A stretch of 11,335 nt of DNA from Cyanobacteria bacterium P01_D01_bin.156 (GTDB taxonomy: Bacteria > Cyanobacteriota > Cyanobacteriia > Phormidesmidales > Phormidesmidaceae). The notes under the pieces were generated by a model that was given only the letters and a program-made list of their open reading frames with translations, was not told the origin of the DNA and made no database searches. How positions within the stretch are numbered: the stretch's first letter is position 1; each line of letters begins with the position of its first letter. Positions 1 to 6,921 of this stretch are shown here, in pieces. The stretch covers positions 1 to 11,335 of the forward strand of contig JBCCQQ010000106.1 of assembly GCA_039024555.1 (NCBI GenBank). Direction: 5' to 3'. The position numbers were made by a program, and so were the translations under genes.

Positions 1-279
1 CATATTCGATTATCCGATGGAAATTCGACGAGTTATCTACACCACCAATGCCATTGAGTCGCTCAACCGCTCACTGCGAAAAGTGATCAAAACTAAGGCT
101 GTTTTCCCAAGTGAGGAGGCTGTTTTCAGGCTCATGTATCTAGCCATGAACAATATTGCGAGAGAATGGAACCGACCCATTAAAAATTGGCGTGCAGCCC
201 TGTCGCATTTTGCTATTCTGTTCCCAGAACGCTTTTCCGCGCAAGAAACAAGCGCTTACACAAAAATCATTCCACTCTC
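1..279 (+). mobile_element. IS256-family insertion sequence, right end (partial; runs off the left edge)
   Basis: Encodes the IS256/Mutator transposase C-terminus. It ends in TTACACAAAAATCATTCCACTCTC (256-279; GAGAGTGGAATGATTTTTGTGTAA on the other strand), resembling IS256-family terminal inverted repeats. The left IR and target-site duplication are not visible. Confidence 0.85.
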
Positions 280-415
280 CAATTGTGTTTTAGAGTACGT
301 GCGACCCACCAGCACCACATGCAGTCTCAAATCACCTCTCAGTGACCTAACGTTTAAATCAGCGACCGTGCAGTGGCTCACTGCATTTGCTAGTTATGAT
401 AATCATCATACTTAA
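2..415 (+). CDS. IS256-family transposase, C-terminal part (5'-truncated by the window; the frame reads through the terminal IR)
   Basis: The frame is open from base 2: IFDYPMEIRRVIYTTNAIESLNRSLRKVIKTKAVFPSEEAVFRLMYLA...W...NW..AL..FAILFPERF. TTNxIEsxN is the family signature containing the catalytic Glu. Family-like sequence ends at about 241; residues after that look like read-through. Confidence 0.9.
   Translation: MFDYPMEIRRVIYTTNAIESLNRSLRKVIKTKAVFPSEEAVFRLMYLAMNNIAREWNRPIKNWRAALSHFAILFPERFSAQETSAYTKIIPLSNCVLEYVRPTSTTCSLKSPLSDLTFKSATVQWLTAFASYDNHHT
345..399 (-). other. Integron attC-like recombination site (55 bp)
   Basis: Minus strand reads TCATAAC-TAGCAA-AT[G]CAGTGA[G]CC-ACTGCAC-GGTCGCTGAT-TTAAAC-GTTAGGT. 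It has an R'' (..AAC) box at the end of the ORF, L''/L' arms that pair with one mismatch and two unpaired extra bases, and an R' box matching GTTRRRY. Confidence 0.8.
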
Positions 416-1247
416 CGGTATAATTGATTACTCTCTTCTCTGCATCTGAGCGAGACTTTATTGTGAAACCGTCACCTTCATATTCTTCATCTAACTTTGG
501 CACGTTTTGATAGAAAACAGATTTCCAATGAAACGTTTTATTCCTACACTTTAATTTTAACGATGCCTCATTCCTTGGCATTACGGGCTCTGTGTGAGAT
601 TCAATATTTGTCCTACTAGGTTTTTCATACAACAAACAGGAATCTAGTTGATTTGCCCACCTCGCATTTTGTAGTAGATATTGTTGTAGCTCTTTTGTAT
701 GCCTGCTCAATTCATCTTGTGTTACTTTGGCGCAAAAATCACAATGATTAACCACCTTTTCTATCCATTCTGTGTCTTCAGTGTACCAAACTGAGGAACT
801 GTGGCATTGAAACTGTATGGGTAGGTATATCGCATCATGCTTAGTGGCCAAAGGCTTGGGGCTTGTCATACATGTTAACAAGATACACATTGATTGCGGC
901 TCCAGCTTTTCATCACTGTGAGCTACGCATGTATGGCGAAGTTCCATTATTTCATCATGTGTTTTTTGATCGAATTTCTCATTCCTTGTAAGGTACTTAT
1001 CAGAAAATCCAACTCTAGATTGCCCTGACCTCGTTTCAGTGAAAACTTTTGCGTACTCAAGTACCATTGCGCGCCAAAAGGCAGACAAAGCATACTCATG
1101 TCCCTGCTCTTTGTGAAACTTTTGCAGGAGCTCTGCCTGTGCATGTGCCGAAGTAAACAAATCAAGTGCCCAAACAATTTTTTCGCAGGCACTGATTTTC
1201 CGGCATGCATCCCTTTTGAACCATACTTGATCATTGAATGTGCTCAT
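390..1247 (-). CDS. Hypothetical protein in an apparent gene cassette; candidate HEPN-domain (AbiU2-like) RNase
   Basis: Long ORF (ATG at 1247, or TTG at 1259), visibly more AT-rich than its neighbours. Contains VLEYAKVF...HDEIMELRHTCVAHSD; R-x5-H at 918-938 fits the HEPN Rx4-6H consensus. Flanked by GTTGGGG at the 5' end and the attC-like site at the 3' end. The function is inferred. Confidence 0.65.
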   Translation of the reverse strand: MSTFNDQVWFKRDACRKISACEKIVWALDLFTSAHAQAELLQKFHKEQGHEYALSAFWRAMVLEYAKVFTETRSGQSRVGFSDKYLTRNEKFDQKTHDEIMELRHTCVAHSDEKLEPQSMCILLTCMTSPKPLATKHDAIYLPIQFQCHSSSVWYTEDTEWIEKVVNHCDFCAKVTQDELSRHTKELQQYLLQNARWANQLDSCLLYEKPSRTNIESHTEPVMPRNEASLKLKCRNKTFHWKSVFYQNVPKLDEEYEGDGFTIKSRSDAEKRVINYTVKYDDYHN

Positions 1248-1253
1248 GGAGAC

Positions 1254-1272
1254 CCCCAACTCATTATTAGAG
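1254..1272 (-). other. Putative attI-like site / cassette 5' boundary
   Basis: Minus strand CTCTAAT-AATGA-GTTGGGG has the same 7-5-7 geometry as the attI1 simple site (CCCTAAA-ACAAA-GTTRRRY). It holds the only minus-strand GTT between the tal stop and the cassette ATG. Confidence 0.45.
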
Positions 1273-1412
1273 AGAAAATTTCTACCTATTTCTTTTACAA
1301 GACAGATTAAATTGAAATATTTCTGCCTAAGATCCCTATTTGACTAGTTACGTAAAAATATTTCTCTAATCACCCACACTTTTAATGGCATTTCTGCGCG
1401 TTGTTATTCGCC

Positions 1413-2591
1413 TTAAACTTTAGCTAAGCGAAAGGCTGCACCGAGACCAGCGCCCATCTCTTCGGGAGTAATCTTCCCATCATGGTCAATATCGAGAGCA
1501 TCAAATACCGCATCGGCTCCCATCCATTCTTCACGGGTAATAAAGCCATCTCCATCTAAATCATAGGCACGGAAAATATCTTCGGCAGCATGACTCACAA
1601 CAGCATTCCCCTCTAGCTGAGCTAGCCTATCTGCGAGTAGAGACTCCAACGATTCAAGGGCTTTTGTAAATCCTTGAATGCCTTCTAACAACTTTTCGGA
1701 TGCCATACGATTAGCGACATGCATTTCATCAAACGTGGCTTTATCCACCGAGATTTTCTCAATCTCTAGGGTTTTAGCGGTCTCAGCTGATAGCTTTTGA
1801 GGTAATTCTTCCGTTACTGCATCCAGTTGAGCTAGCAGTTTTGGCGAAATGGTCAACAGATCACAGCCTGCTAATTCTTTCAATTCGTCTGTATTACGAA
1901 AGCTGGCTCCCATCACTTCCGTAGAGTAGCCAAACTTTTTGTAATAGTTATAAATCTCAGTGACCGACAATACTCCTGGATCTTCAGCAGGGGCATAGCT
2001 GTCTTTGCCAGTCTCTTTTTTATACCAGTCAAGAATGCGACCTACAAAAGGGGAAATAAGCGTGATTCCGGATTCTGCACAGGCAATGGCCTGATGTAAG
2101 CCAAATAACAGAGTTAGGTTACAGTGGATGCCTTCTTTTTCTAACGTTTCAGCGGCTTTGATGCCTTCCCAGGTGGAGGCAATTTTAATCAATACACGCT
2201 CTCGGGAAATGCCAGCAGCTTCATACTGGGCGATCAAATCCCTCGCTGTGGCTAGGGTTGCTTCGGTATCGTAGGACAAGCGAGCGTCTACTTCTGTAGA
2301 TACACGACCGGGGATAATTTCTAGAATCTTGCGACCAAAGGCAACGGCTAAACGCTTAAAGGCAAGATTGACAATTTCTTGAGTACTGGCACTAGCTCCA
2401 GCATCTGCTTTTGCAGCCTGCAGCGTGTCATCGACAATGCTCTGATATTGAGGCATCTGGGCCGCTGCCGTAATTAAAGATGGATTAGTGGTAGCATCGC
2501 GCGGCTTAAACTGCTCAATTGCTTGAATATCACCAGTGTCGGCAACGACGATTGTCATTTCACGCAATTGATCCAGAAGAGTCTGTGGCAT
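1413..2591 (-). CDS. tal: Transaldolase with C-terminal EF-hand pair
   Basis: Motifs [39 protein letters not shown] (Schiff-base Lys), [24 protein letters not shown]-terminal loops [12 protein letters not shown] and [12 protein letters not shown]. Start probably [10 protein letters not shown] at 2591; alternative ATG at 2615. Confidence 0.97.
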   Translation of the reverse strand: MPQTLLDQLREMTIVVADTGDIQAIEQFKPRDATTNPSLITAAAQMPQYQSIVDDTLQAAKADAGASASTQEIVNLAFKRLAVAFGRKILEIIPGRVSTEVDARLSYDTEATLATARDLIAQYEAAGISRERVLIKIASTWEGIKAAETLEKEGIHCNLTLLFGLHQAIACAESGITLISPFVGRILDWYKKETGKDSYAPAEDPGVLSVTEIYNYYKKFGYSTEVMGASFRNTDELKELAGCDLLTISPKLLAQLDAVTEELPQKLSAETAKTLEIEKISVDKATFDEMHVANRMASEKLLEGIQGFTKALESLESLLADRLAQLEGNAVVSHAAEDIFRAYDLDGDGFITREEWMGADAVFDALDIDHDGKITPEEMGAGLGAAFRLAKV

Positions 2592-2705
2592 GGGTGGGCT
2601 ATATGTGGAGGTCATATTTGAATTGTAGTCAGCCCACCATGCTAAGGATTAGCAGTATCAAAATCTAAACCTTTTTTAAGCAAACGCTTATTTACGATGC
2701 TTTTT

Positions 2706-2723
2706 TACTCAGGTGGTACTCAG
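2706..2723. promoter_or_regulatory. Direct repeat TACTCAG-N4-TACTCAG, candidate transcription-factor site
   Basis: Perfect 7-mer repeated with an 11-bp period in the divergent intergenic region between tal and the PCAA-repeat gene. Confidence 0.4.
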
Positions 2724-2803
2724 ATTGGGCCTGTTTACTAAGCCTGTCACACCACAATTTTCAGGCAGCTCGAATTTCTGCCGACTTATATTCGATAAAC
2801 ATC

Positions 2804-3154
2804 ATGAAACTTACTTATTTTGCAGCTCTAGCCATTGCTTCTGTGCTCACTGTTGGTACTGCTGCAGTTAGTGTACAGCCAGCTTTTGCAGGTCCCTGTG
2901 CAGCAGCATCGGTTAATCCTTGTGCAGCCAACCCCTGTGCAGCCAACCCCTGCGCCGCTGCAGTAAATCCCTGTGCAGCGAATCCCTGCGCCGCTGATCC
3001 TTGTGCAGCAGCAGCGAATCCCTGTGCGGCTAACCCCTGTGCAGCTGATCCTTGTGCAGCAGCAGCGAATCCCTGTGCAGCTGATCCTTGTGCAGCAGCA
3101 GCGAATCCTTGCGCGGCTAACCCCTGTGCAGCTAATCCTTGTGCAGCAAAGTAA
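2804..3154 (+). CDS. Small exported Cys-rich low-complexity protein with 15 (N/D/G)PCAA repeats
   Basis: Sec-type signal peptide (MK, hydrophobic stretch, QPAFA cleavage motif, 29 aa), then 87 aa with 15 PCAA units. Repeat units differ mostly at synonymous positions (cct/ccc, tgt/tgc, gca/gcc/gcg/gct). A terminator follows. Confidence 0.9.
   Translation: MKLTYFAALAIASVLTVGTAAVSVQPAFAGPCAAASVNPCAANPCAANPCAAAVNPCAANPCAADPCAAAANPCAANPCAADPCAAAANPCAADPCAAAANPCAANPCAANPCAAK
2891..3151 (+). repeat. Coding tandem repeat, units mostly 15 or 21 nt (consensus aatccYtgtgcagcN)
   Basis: Directly visible; encodes the PCAA array. Confidence 0.95.
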
Positions 3155-3203
3155 ACATCTGCTTAAACAGAATTTCCAAAGTGTTGTCTAGTCAACTCCA
3201 ATC

Positions 3204-3237
3204 GGTTGTCTTCTCCTCTAGGAAGGCAACCTTTTTT
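3204..3237 (+). terminator. Rho-independent terminator
   Basis: GGTTGTCTTC / GAAGGCAACC 10-bp stem (one G-U) followed by TTTTTT, about 50 nt after the stop of the PCAA gene. Confidence 0.85.
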
Positions 3238-3363
3238 ATGGAACGGGTTTCGATTCATTCCGTAAAACAGCAAGGACATGGCTGAAAGCGTTAGAAAGCC
3301 TCCGCCATGGATAATAAGGACATGCCTGCCTAGGTCTTGTGTCCTTTTTTTAGATTTTGCTTG

Positions 3364-4242
3364 ATGACGACGACGACATTACCCGCTGATGCTCAGCAGT
3401 TAACGGAAGATACATCGGTGGCGTTGGCCCGCCAGATTCAGTTTGTTGATGTTTCTACTAGTTTGATAGATCTGCCAATTAGCACCAGCTATGTGTGCGC
3501 TGGTACTGGCAAACCAATTTTATTAATCCACGGGTTCGATAGCTCGATTTTTGAATTTCGTCGTCTGGTTCCTCAGCTAACGGACAATGCCCAGGTATGG
3601 ACGATGGATTTGCTGGGGTTTGGGTTTACGGATCGTACCTCTGGGGCGCCCATAACCCCAGCTGCTATCAAGCAGCACATGTATAGTTTCTGGCAACAGC
3701 AGATTGGTCAACCGATGATTTTGGCAGGAGCCTCCATGGGAGGAGCTGCAGCGATTGACTTTACGTTGGATTTTCCAGAGGCGGTGGATAAACTTGTGCT
3801 TTTGGACAGTGCTGGGTTTGCGGCGGGACCAGCTATGGGTAAGTTTATGGTGCCACCCTTGGATAGCTGGGCCACGTCATTTCTAAAAAATCCTGGAGTC
3901 CGACGTCGGATTAGTCAGCAGGCTTATTGCGATCGCAACCTAGTTACCCCAGATGCTGAGCTATGTGCTGGGTTACATTTGCAAATGCCCGATTGGAAAG
4001 AAGCACTGATCGCATTTACCAAAAGTGGTGGCTATAATTTCCTGAGCAATGTTATCCAGAAGATTCAGCCTCCCACATTAATTATCTGGGGCGAGCAAGA
4101 CAAAATTCTGGGCACTAAAGATGCCAAACGATTTGAAAAAACGATTCCCCATAATCAACTGGTTTGGATTCCAGACTGTGGTCACGTTCCCCATCTGGAA
4201 AAGCCCAGGAACACTGCCCAGGCAATAATGTCTTTTTGTTAA
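3364..4242 (+). CDS. Alpha/beta-fold hydrolase
   Basis: LLIHGFDSS oxyanion motif, DLLGFG, GASMGG nucleophile elbow, IIWGEQD acid, CGHVPHLE catalytic His. ATG at 3364 is preferred over TTG at 3337. Confidence 0.93.
   Translation: MTTTTLPADAQQLTEDTSVALARQIQFVDVSTSLIDLPISTSYVCAGTGKPILLIHGFDSSIFEFRRLVPQLTDNAQVWTMDLLGFGFTDRTSGAPITPAAIKQHMYSFWQQQIGQPMILAGASMGGAAAIDFTLDFPEAVDKLVLLDSAGFAAGPAMGKFMVPPLDSWATSFLKNPGVRRRISQQAYCDRNLVTPDAELCAGLHLQMPDWKEALIAFTKSGGYNFLSNVIQKIQPPTLIIWGEQDKILGTKDAKRFEKTIPHNQLVWIPDCGHVPHLEKPRNTAQAIMSFC
3929..3936. repeat. HIP1 octamer GCGATCGC
   Basis: Exact match to the cyanobacterial highly iterated palindrome. Confidence 0.8.
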
Positions 4243-4341
4243 GTGAGGGCTCTTACAGACATGGTTTAGTCGCTATGGTTGCTAACTGCCCAATATTGGC
4301 TTCTCTATTGTCCTTGGACATCCCATCTGCTGCCACCACCC

Positions 4342-5193
4342 ATGGAACATGAGACAATCTTAAATGTCTGTCCCCAGGACCTCAGCGTTACTCAGTGGAC
4401 TCGATTTACCCGCTTTTTGCTATACGGCTTCTATCAATTAACCGGGGAGCCGATGCGTCTGTTTTTGCTGGGCGGGCTATTTGTGATTAGTTTTCTAATT
4501 ATTAGTGGTCTGCTGATGCGGGGATTGATTTTATTGGAGCGGGGACGACGGATTAAAAAGCTATGGCTGTGGGGGTTTCCCATTGCTCTTTTTCTCAGTC
4601 TATCTCCCTTACTGATTGGGGAACCCCTACTGACCACATTTGTCCCTACCTATGAAGGGCAAACGGCTGATGCTGTGGTGGTTCTCGGTCGAGGCAGCTG
4701 GCTCTATAATGACCGGTTGATGAAGGCTGCAGACCTGATCCAAAGCGAGGCTGCACCTCGGGTATTTGTCAGCGGTAGTAATGACGCACCGATGATGGCC
4801 ATGCTGCTGGCTAAGCTCGGGGTGGAAGCGACCAAAATCTCTGGAGAAAATTGTTCTAAGACCACGGAAGAAAATGCCGAATATACGGCTGAACAGCTTA
4901 TACCTACAGGGGTAAGGTCTATTATCTTAATTAGCGATCCGGCCCACATGTTGCGATCGCAGCTAGTCTTTCAAAGCTTTGGTTTTCAAGTTATTCCCTA
5001 TTCCAGTCCGTTACCCCATGGCCTAGGTCTTCGCTACCGCCGATTGATTACCATGCGAGAATCCCTTGGTCTGGTCAGCTACGGTCTTATGGGGCGCTAC
5101 TGGCCCCGTTCCATCATTTCGACAGAGACCACGGCTGCCCAGAAAGCACCGTTGCGGAAACTACCGATGAATCACATTCGCCCAGTAAACTAA
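4342..5193 (+). CDS. YdcF/ElyC-family (DUF218) membrane protein
   Basis: N-terminal hydrophobic segments, then ADAVVVLGRG, VFVSG, ENCSKTTEENA, ILISDPAHMLRS and RESLGL, all characteristic of DUF218. The start is uncertain (ATG 4342; alternatives 4279 and 4453). Confidence 0.9.
   Translation: MEHETILNVCPQDLSVTQWTRFTRFLLYGFYQLTGEPMRLFLLGGLFVISFLIISGLLMRGLILLERGRRIKKLWLWGFPIALFLSLSPLLIGEPLLTTFVPTYEGQTADAVVVLGRGSWLYNDRLMKAADLIQSEAAPRVFVSGSNDAPMMAMLLAKLGVEATKISGENCSKTTEENAEYTAEQLIPTGVRSIILISDPAHMLRSQLVFQSFGFQVIPYSSPLPHGLGLRYRRLITMRESLGLVSYGLMGRYWPRSIISTETTAAQKAPLRKLPMNHIRPVN
4953..4960. repeat. HIP1 octamer GCGATCGC
   Basis: Exact match. Confidence 0.8.
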
Positions 5194-5232
5194 GGCAGAA
5201 ATGCATCCATTTTTGCCGGAGGTTGCCATTCC

Positions 5233-6891
5233 ATGGCTTCAGTTTCATCGTCATCTGCCCGCTGGGTGACCATCACCGTGGTGATGGTTACCCTATTTAT
5301 CGCGTTTTTCTGGCAGCTGGACCACATTGGTTTAGTGGATGAAACTGAGCCCCTATTTGCCGAAGCGGCTCGCCAGATGTATGCCACTGGCGATTGGATT
5401 ACCCCCTACTTCAATGGAGTCACTCGGTTTGATAAACCTCCCCTGGTGTACTGGGCCATGGCCCTGGGGTTTCATATTTTTGGCGTTGGTGAACTAGGGG
5501 TGCGTTTGCCTTCGGCTTTAGCCGCAGCTGGCCTTACTGGATTTTGCTTCTGTACGCTTCAACGTTATGCCTGCAAAGACCGAGGGGGCCAGGCATTTGG
5601 GTTAGCTGCCTTAGTGGGTGCTGTTGCCATGGCCCTCCACCCTGAAACCATTGTCTGGGGGCGTATTGGAGTTTCAGATATGCTGCTCACAGGCTGTATT
5701 GGTGCAGCCTTGCTTTGCTTTTTTTGGGGCTATGCAGAGGGTGGTAAGGCACGTTGGTACTATGCCTTTTACACCTTTATTGGTTTGGGCGTCCTGGATA
5801 AGGGACCTGTGGGAGCCGTCCTGCCGGGTCTGGTAGTGTTTACTTTTGCCCTTTATTTGGGTCAAATTCCCACGCTTCTCAAAGAAGTAAAACTGTTGCG
5901 CGGCAGTTTACTGGTACTCCTACTTACCGTTCCATGGTTTGTGGCCGTCACTGCCATCCATGGTCAAACCTACATCGATAGCTTTTTTGGCTATCACAAC
6001 TATGAGCGCTTTACCGATGTCGTTAATGGCCATGCCGCCCCTTGGTACTTTTACTTTGCAGTTGTCGCCATTGGATTTCTCCCCTGGTCTCCGGCCTTAC
6101 CCTTCGCTATGGCGCGACTGCGTCCGTGGGCGATGGATTACTGGCGACGACAGCCTCGAGAAAATCACCTGGGGCTATTTGCCCTGATTTGGTTTCTGGC
6201 CATTTTTTGCTTTTTCACAGCAGCGGTCACCAAACTGCCTAGCTATGTTCTGCCATTGATGCCTGCAGCGGCGATTATGATAGGGCTAATGTGGGCTGGG
6301 CCAATTCGTAAAGGAACCTGGCTCAGTGCTATTCTCAGTCTTGTATTTTTTGCCATCCTGGCAGTGGCGTCCTACCTAACTCCCAACTGGATTGGTGGAG
6401 ATCCGGTCATGCCAGATTTCCCTGAGTTAGTGCGAGACTCCCAGGCGATGGTCTACGGTGCCATTGTTTGGGGTTTAGCTACCCTAGTCGGATTAGGGCT
6501 GCTGATCATGCGACGAGTGCGATGGGTATGGACCGTCAGTTTTATAGCCTTTTCTGCCTTTACTATTACCTCAATCTTGCCTGTAGCGGCTATTGCCGAC
6601 AGTCAGCGCCAGCTGCCTCTACGCCAACTAGCCGCAACCGTAAAAGCAGAACAACAGCCCGATGAAACCCTCGCCATGGTGGGCTTTATGAAGCCTAGCC
6701 TAGTGTTTTACACCCAGCGTCCTGTGCTGTACGTTTATAATCCTGACTCAGAAACACTCCAACAAACAGGGCAGGCACTCGTTGTAGGGCATCCTGAAGA
6801 AATTGCAACCGCCATCACCACCAGTCAATCAGGAGAGATTTTGCAAACAGCTGGCACCTATCAGCTAGCACGCCTGACATTTACTCCGTAG
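5233..6891 (+). CDS. ArnT-like glycosyltransferase (GT-C fold, family 39/83-type), polytopic membrane protein
   Basis: LVDETEPLFAEAARQM..GDWITPYFNG..RFDKPPLVYW, RLPSAL, KGPVG, PWF, H..PWYFY, TKLPSYVLPLMPAAA, plus many transmembrane segments. Confidence 0.93.
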   Translation: MASVSSSSARWVTITVVMVTLFIAFFWQLDHIGLVDETEPLFAEAARQMYATGDWITPYFNGVTRFDKPPLVYWAMALGFHIFGVGELGVRLPSALAAAGLTGFCFCTLQRYACKDRGGQAFGLAALVGAVAMALHPETIVWGRIGVSDMLLTGCIGAALLCFFWGYAEGGKARWYYAFYTFIGLGVLDKGPVGAVLPGLVVFTFALYLGQIPTLLKEVKLLRGSLLVLLLTVPWFVAVTAIHGQTYIDSFFGYHNYERFTDVVNGHAAPWYFYFAVVAIGFLPWSPALPFAMARLRPWAMDYWRRQPRENHLGLFALIWFLAIFCFFTAAVTKLPSYVLPLMPAAAIMIGLMWAGPIRKGTWLSAILSLVFFAILAVASYLTPNWIGGDPVMPDFPELVRDSQAMVYGAIVWGLATLVGLGLLIMRRVRWVWTVSFIAFSAFTITSILPVAAIADSQRQLPLRQLAATVKAEQQPDETLAMVGFMKPSLVFYTQRPVLYVYNPDSETLQQTGQALVVGHPEEIATAITTSQSGEILQTAGTYQLARLTFTP

Positions 6892-6921
6892 AGATGAACT
6901 ATCTTTAAGCGCTAACGGTGT

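Noticed and set aside
947..1310. ORFs 947..1234 (-) and 1098..1310 (+)
   Set aside because: They overlap the longer cassette ORF in other frames and have no recognisable motifs.
1458..1562. EF-hand pair fused to transaldolase as a novelty
   Set aside because: This fusion is already known in cyanobacterial transaldolases.
2891..3151. Repeat array as a CRISPR or non-coding repeat
   Set aside because: There are no unique spacers, unit lengths are multiples of 3, and the variation is synonymous in the PCAA frame.
2973..3191. 72-aa Gln-rich ORF (LILVQQQRIP repeats)
   Set aside because: It is an alternative-frame shadow of the PCAA repeat; substitutions are non-synonymous in this frame and it has no signal peptide.
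4164..6665. Short alternative-frame and antisense ORFs within the hydrolase, YdcF and ArnT genes
   Set aside because: They are nested in or overlap well-supported genes and show no motifs.
3364..6891. Hydrolase, YdcF and ArnT as a tailoring cluster for the PCAA peptide
   Set aside because: A clear terminator separates them from the PCAA gene, and all three are common cyanobacterial gene families. Nothing in the sequence links them to the peptide.
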